Part shown: piece by piece, positions 15,038 to 23,959 of the stretch
Numbering within the stretch: position 1 is the first letter of the stretch
Layout of the letters: each line of letters begins with the position of its first letter
Virus record (IMG/VR): IMGVR_UViG_3300027860_000014
Length of the DNA: 48,027 bases
Reading direction: 5' to 3' (one strand)
Origin: a virus
The notes under the pieces: generated by a model
The model's input: the letters and a program-made list of their open reading frames with translations, nothing else
The model's database searches: none
Told to the model about the DNA's origin: nothing
Made by a program: the position numbers and the translations under genes

Positions 15038-16358
15038 GTGGCACTGGGCTTTCTGGGCAAGACCCAACCAACTGGCCCCTGAGGGGATCTGGAACACCTG
15101 GTTGGTCCTCGCGGGCCGTGGATTTGGCAAGACCCGGATGGGGTCAGAATGGATCAGACAGAATGTTACAGGCCCCACACCACTATCTCCCCCTCCCTCT
15201 GGGTGGCGACGGATCGCTCTTGTTGCTGAAACCGCCGCAGACGCCCGAGACGTCATGGTCTTGGGGGATAGTGGAATCCTCGCCTGTCATCCCAGAGACT
15301 TTAGACCCGAGTGGTCCCCCACAAACAGGCGTCTAACCTGGCCCAACGGGGTCGAAGCATGGGTGTACAATGCAACAGAACCTGACCAGCTTCGAGGTCC
15401 CCAGCACCACGCGGCGTGGGTTGATGAACTTGCTAAATTCCGTTACATCCAAGAAACCTGGGACCAACTCCAATTCGGTCTCCGCCTCGGAGAACACCCT
15501 CGTGCGCTGGTTACTACGACCCCAAGACCACTCCCTCTAATCAAACGTCTTACGGCTGACCCCGACACCGTGGTAACCCGTGGAGCCACACTGGACAATC
15601 AGGCCAATCTCGCCTCGAACACTGTCAAACAGCTTTACGAGCGCTACGGAGGTACTCGCCTGGGTCGTCAGGAACTTGAGGGGGAGATCCTCACGGACAT
15701 TCCGGGAGCGCTCTTCAACCGTGAAGACCTAGACAAAGGGCGTGTGTACGAGGTGCCCGAGGTCCTCGAAAGAGTCATAGTGGCCGTGGACCCCGCCGTG
15801 TCGAACAATGAGGGGTCCGATGAGCATGGTATTGTTGTTGTTGGTCTCGCCCGCGACAAAGACGGGTACGCCAGAGGCTACGTCTTAGAGGACGGTTCCT
15901 GCCGTGGCACCCCCGAAGAATGGTCTCGCAAAGCTGTCAGGCTATACCGTTCTTGGTCCGCAGACAAGATTGTGGCGGAAAAGAACCAAGGCGGACTGAT
16001 GGTCGAAAGCACAATCAAGGCTGTTGATCGGTCCGTTCCCGTTAAACTTGTCCACGCGTCTCGGGGCAAGATCGTCCGAGCGGAGCCCATTAGCGCTCTG
16101 TATGAGCAGGGCAGAGTCCATCACGTGGGTCGATTTGACGCCCTTGAAGATCAGATGTGTCTCTTCGCTGCGGACAATCTTCGCAACATATCCAATGGTT
16201 CCCCTGACCGTGTTGACGCCCTTGTGTGGGGTCTCACCGAAATATTCGACAAGATCACCGGTCGCCGGATCCTATCTGACACACATGACAAAACAAAGAT
16301 TGAAGAGTACGAGACGTACGAGTTCGTGAAAGAGTCTCCCACAGGTTGGATGGCATAA
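14937..16358 (+). CDS. terL: Terminase large subunit
   Basis: WAFWARPNQ..WLVLAGRGFGKTR Walker A; nuclease-half motifs (VAVDPA, HGIVVVG). No ATG before Walker A, so the start is GTG 14937 or TTG 14997 (AGGAG ribosome-binding site). Confidence 0.9.
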   Translation: MLQTSPAEYLASLSEQERLTLLASLSEEELAELKWHWAFWARPNQLAPEGIWNTWLVLAGRGFGKTRMGSEWIRQNVTGPTPLSPPPSGWRRIALVAETAADARDVMVLGDSGILACHPRDFRPEWSPTNRRLTWPNGVEAWVYNATEPDQLRGPQHHAAWVDELAKFRYIQETWDQLQFGLRLGEHPRALVTTTPRPLPLIKRLTADPDTVVTRGATLDNQANLASNTVKQLYERYGGTRLGRQELEGEILTDIPGALFNREDLDKGRVYEVPEVLERVIVAVDPAVSNNEGSDEHGIVVVGLARDKDGYARGYVLEDGSCRGTPEEWSRKAVRLYRSWSADKIVAEKNQGGLMVESTIKAVDRSVPVKLVHASRGKIVRAEPISALYEQGRVHHVGRFDALEDQMCLFAADNLRNISNGSPDRVDALVWGLTEIFDKITGRRILSDTHDKTKIEEYETYEFVKESPTGWMA

Positions 16359-16359
16359 T

Positions 16360-18630
16360 TTGGCTGGTTTTCAGCAGAACGACGGCTTAGCCGACATTGA
16401 TGTAAATCGCCAAAAGGTGTCTCCGACAAAGCAAAACCTGCGTCGGCCAGATCTCATTGACGTCGAGCCGATTAAGAAGGATTACATTCCTGAAGGTTTT
16501 GACAGCCAAGACGCCTTTATCGCCGACATGCGGCAGAACTACCAAAATGACATCGACTTCGACAGAATCAATCGTTATGAAGCTATAGATGATTTACGCT
16601 TTGCTGCTGGTGAGCAGTGGGATCCTGTTGTTCTTCTCCAGCGGAAATCCCTCCCTTGCCTTGTCATTAACACCATACCTCAGTTTACCGCCCAACTTGT
16701 CGGTGATTGGCGGGAAAGCCGGAAGGCCATCAAAGTTGTTCCGTCTAACGATGAGGACACAGACATCGCGAGTGTCCGTGAAGATCTAGTCCGTAACATC
16801 GAGATGCAATCACGGGCCGACCGTTCATACGATCAGGCCTTCGAGTCAATGATCCAATGTGGCGACGGGGCCTTCAAGGTGACCGTCGAGTACGCCCGAG
16901 ACGACGTGTTTGATCAGGACATCTTCATTCGTCCAATCGAAGATGTGATGGCCACGGTATGGGACAGGTTCTCTGTGGACCCCACGGGCCGAGATGCCCA
17001 ACGAGTGTTTGTGGACGACCGTATTCCGAAGGACGAGTTCACCCGCAAATGGCCCCAAGCCGCTGGCGGTGCTAATCTCATGGAGGTCGATAAGATTGAC
17101 CGAGTGACGATGGCCGGGTGGATGGATGAGGAGAGCTATCGAGTCACGGAGTACTGGCGCATAATCGAGCGTCAGAAGACTCTGGCTCTCTTTGAGAATG
17201 GTCGTATGTATGAGGTCGACGACGACACTGATCTCGACAAGATGATTGAAGAGAACGGTAATCCCACTAAGACTCGTGTGGTCTGGTGTCGGTTTGCTCA
17301 AATGCACTATTGCACTGGCTGGCAGATTCTTGCGGGCCCGTACGAGTATCGAATGAACCGTCTTCCGATTATTCGGATGTCTGGACGGATCGTCAATGTT
17401 GCTGGTCGCCGAGTCCGCTATGGGCTTGTGCGCTTCATGAAGGACCCCTCCCGCCTTAAGAACTTTTGGCGGTCCATTGCTGCGGAGCAACTTGGCTACG
17501 CCCCCAAGGCTCAGTGGCTTGCCACGCAGTCGGCTGTCGAAGGACGACAGGAGGCTTTTCGTAGGGCTCACTTGACCCGTGACCCATTGCTGATCGTCAA
17601 CGACGAAGCCATTATTGGTCAGAACATCCAGAGGATCGAACCTCCCCAACCGCAGGCTGCCATCTTCCAAGAGGTGGCTATGAATACTCAAGACATGAAA
17701 GACGTGTCTGGTATTCAAGACGCCAGTCTGGGAATGAGGTCGAATGAAACCTCCGGCAAGGCGATCATGAATCGTCAGCATGAGGGGGACATTGCTTCTC
17801 AGACGTACTACGACAATGCCGACGCCGCTTTGTTGGAAGCTGGCGATGTGATCAACCAACTCATTCCTCAAATCTATGACGGAACTCGTGTTGTTCGTCT
17901 GATCGGGGAAGATGAGGCAATCAAGTTCCAGCGTATCAATGACCCCATGGATCCCCATTCGATTGACCTGGGGGCGGGGAAATACGATGTGGCTCTCTCC
18001 ACTGGCACGTCTTACACTACGCGCAGGGTTGAAGCCGCTCAGGCGATGATGGACGCCATTCAGGTTTGGCCTCAACTTATGTCCGTTGCGGGCGACCTGG
18101 TGGCGAAAGCTCAAGATTGGCCCGGTGCTGACGAGCTTGCTGATCGTCTCAAGAAGACCATCCCACCTCAGCTCCTTGATGAGAAAGACGGTGGTCCTCC
18201 ACCGGTGCCCGCTGCTCAAGTTCAACAGATGCAGCAACAAGCTCAGATGCTCATTAGCCAACTGCAGAATGAGAATCAGCAGCTCAAGGCGGACAAGACC
18301 ATCGACTTCAAGAAACTTGAGATCGAGTCTTACAACGCCGAGACAAAGCGAATTACCGCCCTAAATCAGGACCGCGGAACCGAAACACCGCCCGACTTGG
18401 AAGCCCTTAAGATGCTTCTGGACGGTGCTCAGACTATTGATGAACATGATATCCAGCGTGCTCAGTTGGCCCATTCAATGCATATGGACCATCTCACGCA
18501 CCTTCAAAAGCAACAGCAACTTGAACAAAGTCAAGAGCTGGCTATGAAGACTCTTTCGGCGAAGGTTAGTGCAGGTGCGCAGACTGCTAACCCTCAGAAA
18601 GCCGCAACTCAGCCCGCGCAATCGGTTTAA
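16360..18630 (+). CDS. Portal protein (P22-like), with a long C-terminal Gln-rich helical extension
   Basis: 756 aa directly after terL. DDLRFAAGEQWDP motif. C-terminal QQMQQQAQMLISQLQNENQQLK coiled region. TTG start. Confidence 0.85.
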   Translation: MAGFQQNDGLADIDVNRQKVSPTKQNLRRPDLIDVEPIKKDYIPEGFDSQDAFIADMRQNYQNDIDFDRINRYEAIDDLRFAAGEQWDPVVLLQRKSLPCLVINTIPQFTAQLVGDWRESRKAIKVVPSNDEDTDIASVREDLVRNIEMQSRADRSYDQAFESMIQCGDGAFKVTVEYARDDVFDQDIFIRPIEDVMATVWDRFSVDPTGRDAQRVFVDDRIPKDEFTRKWPQAAGGANLMEVDKIDRVTMAGWMDEESYRVTEYWRIIERQKTLALFENGRMYEVDDDTDLDKMIEENGNPTKTRVVWCRFAQMHYCTGWQILAGPYEYRMNRLPIIRMSGRIVNVAGRRVRYGLVRFMKDPSRLKNFWRSIAAEQLGYAPKAQWLATQSAVEGRQEAFRRAHLTRDPLLIVNDEAIIGQNIQRIEPPQPQAAIFQEVAMNTQDMKDVSGIQDASLGMRSNETSGKAIMNRQHEGDIASQTYYDNADAALLEAGDVINQLIPQIYDGTRVVRLIGEDEAIKFQRINDPMDPHSIDLGAGKYDVALSTGTSYTTRRVEAAQAMMDAIQVWPQLMSVAGDLVAKAQDWPGADELADRLKKTIPPQLLDEKDGGPPPVPAAQVQQMQQQAQMLISQLQNENQQLKADKTIDFKKLEIESYNAETKRITALNQDRGTETPPDLEALKMLLDGAQTIDEHDIQRAQLAHSMHMDHLTHLQKQQQLEQSQELAMKTLSAKVSAGAQTANPQKAATQPAQSV

Positions 18631-18647
18631 GGACCGCAACTACCTAG

Positions 18648-19658
18648 ATGAGTGAGACTGTAACCTCTACAGACGCCCAAGTCCCTGTTATTGATGATCT
18701 TGACGCCTTCAGTGCTGATTTCTTTGGTCAGACCTTAGCACCTGAGTCAACAACCCAGACCAAGGTTGAAGAGCAGGCGGAACAAGACGACACCGACACC
18801 AGCCAGCCAGAGGCTAAGTCTCAACAGCAACAAGAAGAGCCTGACCCGAACGATGACCCGGAGGCGGAGTACAAAGAAGCTCCACCGAAGAAGAAGACTG
18901 TTCAGGACAGGATTGATGAACTCGTAAGGCAACGCGAGGACGTAAAGCGAGAGGCCGACGCTAAGCTCGAACAACTCCGCAAAGAGTTCGAAGAGAAGTT
19001 AGCAGGTCTTCAGCCTAAGCCTGCGCAAGCGGCAAAGACTAATACTGAACCACAACCCGATGATGTCCGTGAGGACGGTACTGAGAAGTACCCATTGGGT
19101 GAATTCGATCCTCAATATATTCGGGACCTGACCCGCTACACTCTGGAAACAGAGCGTGTTCAGATGGCTGCGAAAGCCGCCGAGGAGCAACGAATTCAAG
19201 AGGCCAATCGTTCAAGGCAAGAACTCCAGACGTCCTGGAACTCTAAACTTGAATCGGCCAAGACTGAGTATCCGGATCTTCAAGAGAAGATTGGTCCGAT
19301 GCTCAATGGTTTCAGTAACCTTCCGCCAAACTACGCTGGCTATTTGTCCACAGTTATCATGTCAATGGACAAAGGCCCCGACGTTCTTTACTACTTGTCC
19401 AATCATCCAGAAGAAGCAACTCAGATCGTAAATAGCGGCGCACAAAAAGCGACCCTCGCGCTAGGTCGGATCGAAGCCAAGTTCCTGGAAGCGGACGCCC
19501 AAAAAACACTGGCAAAACCGAAGGTCACAAAAGCCCCTCCCCCGCCTCCCGTAAGAGCCCGTGGGACCAACGGAGCTTTTATTTCGGTCGCCCCAGACAC
19601 CGATGACCTCGATGCCTTTGAGGCGGAATTCTTCGCCCCTGCAAGGTATGGAAAATAA
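18648..19658 (+). CDS. Scaffolding protein
   Basis: Acidic, Glu/Lys/Gln-rich helical protein between the portal and coat genes. Confidence 0.6.
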   Translation: MSETVTSTDAQVPVIDDLDAFSADFFGQTLAPESTTQTKVEEQAEQDDTDTSQPEAKSQQQQEEPDPNDDPEAEYKEAPPKKKTVQDRIDELVRQREDVKREADAKLEQLRKEFEEKLAGLQPKPAQAAKTNTEPQPDDVREDGTEKYPLGEFDPQYIRDLTRYTLETERVQMAAKAAEEQRIQEANRSRQELQTSWNSKLESAKTEYPDLQEKIGPMLNGFSNLPPNYAGYLSTVIMSMDKGPDVLYYLSNHPEEATQIVNSGAQKATLALGRIEAKFLEADAQKTLAKPKVTKAPPPPPVRARGTNGAFISVAPDTDDLDAFEAEFFAPARYGK

Positions 19659-19689
19659 CCCACACACTCATTTTAGGAGTACCTGATTA

Positions 19690-21069
19690 ATGTCTACTGG
19701 TGGCGCTAACGTTACCGTTGATCAGGCAAAACTTGTCCTTAACTCGTTTGCCGCGATCTTCCAAAATAACCTGACTTCCGCTGAGATGGTAACTTGGCGT
19801 AAGTTTGAAAATGAAATGAATGACCGAAACGCTTTGACCGTGGTCGAGCAGGTTGTGCCCCGTTACGTTGTGACTCACACCGTCAACGCCGTCAATAACC
19901 TGACCGCTAACGACGTTCAAAACACCATCTTCGGTTCTGAACAATACAAAATCCAAGACATCTTTGGGTCGTCCATGGGTTGGCAGGACTTCGTGCGTAT
20001 TCGCGACGTCGGTGCTGCTCGTGAGTCCGAAGCTCTTCGTTCTGCGGCTATGAACTTGGCCGAACAGATCGACGCGTACATTCTTGGCTTTGCTGTCAAC
20101 TCGTCCAACAACTGGCTTGGCACTCCCGGCGATCCCGTGTCCACCTGGAATGACATCGCCAGCGGTTACACCCGCCTTAAAGAAGAAGGTGTTGAGGACA
20201 CTGACTTCCGGGCTGTCTTGTCTTACTATGACAAACAAGCTCTGGGCGGCAACATCCTGAACCAAACTGGTTATGGTAGTACCGGTACTGCGTACAGCCA
20301 AGGTAACGCGTCTCTCCCGGGTCTAGGCCAATCGGTCTTCCGCAAGGGCTTTACTGGTGACATCCACGGTATTCCGACGATGTTCACCCAGCAACTCCCG
20401 ACGCTGACCCTCGGTACTCGTGGTACGACTACGGTTACCGGTGCGAACCAGTACTCTGACTACGCATCTGTGGCGATTTCGAGCGCCCCGGGTTACTTCC
20501 TGACGCAAACCTTCAGCATTACGACCACTGCCAATGCCACCATCTCTGATGGCGAAGTGTTCACGATTGCTGGTGTGTACGCGTATGATAACCGCCTCCA
20601 AGCCCCGCTTGAGCACCTCCAACAGTTCCGGGTAATCGGTAACACGACTGCCAACGGTTCTGGTGTGGCGACTCCGACGATCTTCCCGGCCCTTGTGGTC
20701 CCGAATTCGTCTCCGTCGGGCTCGGATCCGAACACACTGCTTGTCAACGCGGCCCACGGTACTGTGGCGTCCATCCCGGCTTCGGGTGCGGCGATCACCT
20801 GGCTCGGCACCGCGTCGACTGCTGTGAAGCCTCGGGTTATCATGTCCAAGGACGCCATCGTGGTCAACACGGCGGACCTCATCATGCCCGCGACCGGTAT
20901 TGGTTCGCGTAAAGCTCTGACGAAGGTTCCGATCAGTGTCCGCATGTGGCAGAACTCGGTCTTCAATACTGGCGAACACCAAGTGCGCTTTGACGTCGCT
21001 CTCTCGGCCAACGTGGTCGATAGGCGTCGGATCTGCCGCATCAATGGTGCAACCGGTACGGATCAGTAA
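19690..21069 (+). CDS. Major capsid protein (P22 coat-like)
   Basis: 459 aa after the scaffold gene, strong AGGAG ribosome-binding site, and a terminator-like hairpin downstream. The sequence pattern is reminiscent of P22 gp5. Confidence 0.75.
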   Translation: MSTGGANVTVDQAKLVLNSFAAIFQNNLTSAEMVTWRKFENEMNDRNALTVVEQVVPRYVVTHTVNAVNNLTANDVQNTIFGSEQYKIQDIFGSSMGWQDFVRIRDVGAARESEALRSAAMNLAEQIDAYILGFAVNSSNNWLGTPGDPVSTWNDIASGYTRLKEEGVEDTDFRAVLSYYDKQALGGNILNQTGYGSTGTAYSQGNASLPGLGQSVFRKGFTGDIHGIPTMFTQQLPTLTLGTRGTTTVTGANQYSDYASVAISSAPGYFLTQTFSITTTANATISDGEVFTIAGVYAYDNRLQAPLEHLQQFRVIGNTTANGSGVATPTIFPALVVPNSSPSGSDPNTLLVNAAHGTVASIPASGAAITWLGTASTAVKPRVIMSKDAIVVNTADLIMPATGIGSRKALTKVPISVRMWQNSVFNTGEHQVRFDVALSANVVDRRRICRINGATGTDQ

Positions 21070-21077
21070 CTAACTTA

Positions 21078-21101
21078 GGGGAGGAGTTAACGCTCCTCCC
21101 C
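21078..21101 (+). terminator. Hairpin after the capsid gene (GGGGAGGAG-N6-CTCCTCCCC, then GCTTT)
   Basis: 9-bp G+C-rich stem 9 nt after the coat stop codon. Confidence 0.55.
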
Positions 21102-21117
21102 GCTTTAGGAGAATTGA

Positions 21118-21396
21118 ATGGCTAACCCTGTTACTGCTCAGTACACACTCCATCCAAATGATGGTTGGGTACAGATCTCGGGCGCTGTTACCACCTTTGT
21201 ACGGATCAGTAAGCATCAGCCGCATGTTCCCGTCTTGCTGACCGTGGCGGCAACCGCTCCGACCGGTACCCCTTCAGGTGGTTACCGAATGGAGAAGATG
21301 ACCGAGTGGTTTAACGGTGCGTACACAGGTAATCTGTACGCCCGAATTTCAAATAACTCGAATGATAAGGTCAATATTTCTGTCTGGGCACTCTAA
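21118..21396 (+). CDS. Hypothetical virion protein (92 aa)
   Basis: ORF in the head module. Confidence 0.5.
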   Translation: MANPVTAQYTLHPNDGWVQISGAVTTFVRISKHQPHVPVLLTVAATAPTGTPSGGYRMEKMTEWFNGAYTGNLYARISNNSNDKVNISVWAL

Positions 21397-21400
21397 ATAG

Positions 21401-22180
21401 ATGACCGCTGTTAGCAGCATTATTACATCAGCTTTACGTGAAACGAACCTCATTCCTCTTGGCGTCACACCAGACACCAATCAGATCAATGAGGCTTTTA
21501 CGCTGCTAACTACCATTGTCCAAGGTGTTCTTGGTAATGAAGCTGGCGAACATCTAAATCCAATGCCACTGGGCCAGGACAATATCGAGAGCCCCACAGG
21601 CTACCCTTGGTGGGCCAATGACCTACCGGGTAACATCTTTGTCAACACTAATGTCCGTCTAATGTGCAACCTTACGGGGCCAGGTAATGCGAAGTTTCAT
21701 CCTCGTCCTCACGATGGTGCTCGTATGGGTGTGGTGGACTGCTCGAACAATTTTAACGAAAACCCCCTAACCGTCTATGGCAATGGACGTCTTATTGACG
21801 GGGAAACAAGTCAAGTACTTGAAACCCCAGGTCTCAGCCAGGAATGGACTTATCGGGAAGACATGGGGTCTTGGATCACTGTCACACCTCTGAGTCTCAC
21901 GGGTGAGATGCCGTGGCCACCTGAGTTTGATGACATGTTCATCATCCTGTTGGCTATGCGACTTAATCCCCGTTACGGACAGGTCATTCACCCCGCTTCC
22001 GCTGAGACGCTAAAGAACGCAATGCAGAGGTTCTCGGCCAAGTACACACAGTCCACAAGTCAATCGCCCTCTGAAGACGGTCTCCTATATCTAACCAATT
22101 ACTACAGGTTCTATGGTCGATTTGCTAACCGTCAGTACGGCGATCCCGCAGACTACTTCAACAGTGGCTTCCCCTACTGA
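21401..22180 (+). CDS. Head-to-tail adaptor candidate (P22 gp4-like N-terminus)
   Basis: IITSALRETNLIPLGVTPDTNQINEAFTLL resembles the gp4 pattern LVRAALRKLGV..D...D..L; consistent by position. Confidence 0.45.
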   Translation: MTAVSSIITSALRETNLIPLGVTPDTNQINEAFTLLTTIVQGVLGNEAGEHLNPMPLGQDNIESPTGYPWWANDLPGNIFVNTNVRLMCNLTGPGNAKFHPRPHDGARMGVVDCSNNFNENPLTVYGNGRLIDGETSQVLETPGLSQEWTYREDMGSWITVTPLSLTGEMPWPPEFDDMFIILLAMRLNPRYGQVIHPASAETLKNAMQRFSAKYTQSTSQSPSEDGLLYLTNYYRFYGRFANRQYGDPADYFNSGFPY

Positions 22181-22431
22181 TGCGTAAACCGACATTCTGG
22201 CCCGCGTGGTACTACAGCCCTGATGGTGTCGGTAAGGTGTTCGAACGAATTCAGGACGTCCCTTACGGATGGGTCAAACGTCCTCCACTGAAGTTCGTTC
22301 CGGCCAAACCGTACGTAGTGGACAAAGAAAAGACAATTCAAGCACTCGAAAAACTAGGGGTTACGATTGATCCTAGGTGGGGTGCAGCGCACTTGAAGAA
22401 GGTATTAGATGACCGCAGTACCCCTAGGTAG
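22180..22431 (+). CDS. Hypothetical protein (83 aa)
   Basis: ORF with a TGATG junction. Confidence 0.45.
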   Translation: MRKPTFWPAWYYSPDGVGKVFERIQDVPYGWVKRPPLKFVPAKPYVVDKEKTIQALEKLGVTIDPRWGAAHLKKVLDDRSTPR

Positions 22432-23959
22432 AAGCGCCTATCAGCGTCTTTACGGCGGTACACCGGAGGTTAAGCTTCTTAATCGGTGGATTGAAGCTAA
22501 TCCGGCCAATTTGCGTGAGGGTACGTCCGTCTTGGCCCGTCCGGGGACCACTAATATAATGGGCCTGAACCCGGGAACTTACTCTGAACTTGGCCCAATG
22601 AGAGGCAACTACAGCCTTTCCGGGCTCTTTGACGACAGTCTTTTCGTTGTCTGCGGCCAGAATTTGTACCGTATCAACCAGGACATGTCGGTAACGAGTA
22701 TTTCGGGCATCATCAGCGGCACGGGCTACCCGGAGGTCGCATGGGCCCGGGGGGCAGGCTACGAGCAACTATGGATAATGGACGGGACGACCCTCCAGTA
22801 CTACTCTGGGACGTCCAGTTCTACTGCTTACCTTACGATGACGGGGACAATCGTAGATGGGACAGACACTTTTCAGGTTGCTAATGTTTATTATCGTTGG
22901 GGAACTACCTTTTCTGGTAGTGATAACGGAACATCTGCTCACCCATACATCATCAATCCGTACACTTCCGACGGACATGTCTTAGACCCTATGGATCAAC
23001 TTGTCCTGGCTATCAATGCCAGCGGCACGCCTGGGGTGGACTACAGTACGACTCTGACCACGGCTAACACTGCGGTCAGTGCTGCAGCCAGTACGACCGG
23101 TATTACTGGAATTGGCGTAAATGCTGGTGGATCAGGCTATACAAGTGCCCCCACAGTCGTTATCACCAGCGCTATTGGGTCTGGTGCAACCGCAACCGCA
23201 ACAGTCTCCGGCGGTGCTGTTACTGCCGTTACGATGGTCGAGTACGGCAATGGTTACAGTTCTAACAATCCACCCACTATTAGTTTCAGTGGTGGAGGTG
23301 GCTCAGGGGCCACTGCAACAGCTACTGTTGGGACTCCAGACCCTGCTCAGGTTGTAGTCTTTACCGCAACCACACCGGGCACTGCAGGTAATTCCATCCC
23401 GTTAGTAGTCACTGCAGGTACGGCCCTAGTGGCGTCCTCGGCGACTCTGATCAATGGTGGGCTTAATGCACTGGTTGGATGTGAGATTCCGGGTGGTTTA
23501 ACCCCTTGTTCGTTGACCCAGGTGTCTTCCTACATTCTGGTCGCAATCAGCAATAGTCAGCAATTCTACTGGGTCAATCCGGGCGCAACAAGCATCGACG
23601 CCCTGAACTTTGCGTCTAAAGAAAGTTCACCAGATAACATCCTCCATCTTCGAGCCGTGGGTGACCAGGTGCTCATTATTGGAGGTAAGTCCACTGAAAA
23701 CTGGTACGCAACTGGCAACTTCTCCGCCCCATTTGCCCCTGTGGAAGGCCGCGTGTACGCTCGTGGTGCCCTTGATGGAACACCTGTGGTGGTCGATGAT
23801 GGGGTCTTTCTAGTCGGTGACGACGGGCGTGTGTACTCTATTGGTTTCCAGTCTGGTGATAGTACTGACGCTGGGTGGGGCGTTACAAGGGTTTCAAATA
23901 ATGGCATTGAAGAACGAATTCGTTATCAAGTTAGGCGAGAGGCCGGACTGACTCCATGA
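22409..23959 (+). CDS. Tail hub candidate (P22 gp10-like) with an inserted tandem-repeat domain
   Basis: The N- and C-terminal segments resemble gp10 (..VCGQNLYRI.., ..LIIGGKSTENWY..). The central region carries GSGYTSAPTV..GSGATATATV repeats. Confidence 0.5.
   Translation: MTAVPLGRSAYQRLYGGTPEVKLLNRWIEANPANLREGTSVLARPGTTNIMGLNPGTYSELGPMRGNYSLSGLFDDSLFVVCGQNLYRINQDMSVTSISGIISGTGYPEVAWARGAGYEQLWIMDGTTLQYYSGTSSSTAYLTMTGTIVDGTDTFQVANVYYRWGTTFSGSDNGTSAHPYIINPYTSDGHVLDPMDQLVLAINASGTPGVDYSTTLTTANTAVSAAASTTGITGIGVNAGGSGYTSAPTVVITSAIGSGATATATVSGGAVTAVTMVEYGNGYSSNNPPTISFSGGGGSGATATATVGTPDPAQVVVFTATTPGTAGNSIPLVVTAGTALVASSATLINGGLNALVGCEIPGGLTPCSLTQVSSYILVAISNSQQFYWVNPGATSIDALNFASKESSPDNILHLRAVGDQVLIIGGKSTENWYATGNFSAPFAPVEGRVYARGALDGTPVVVDDGVFLVGDDGRVYSIGFQSGDSTDAGWGVTRVSNNGIEERIRYQVRREAGLTP

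Noticed and set aside
16846-18261. 471-aa minus-strand ORF
   Set aside because: It is entirely antisense to the portal gene, which has clear portal motifs and synteny. The product is rich in Arg, Leu, Ser and His and of low complexity. Long stop-free antisense frames are expected in this G+C-rich half.
19687-21044. Minus-strand ORFs 19687-20301, 20323-20982 and 20493-21044
   Set aside because: They are antisense to, or alternative frames within, the major capsid gene, and they overlap one another. They are composition artefacts.
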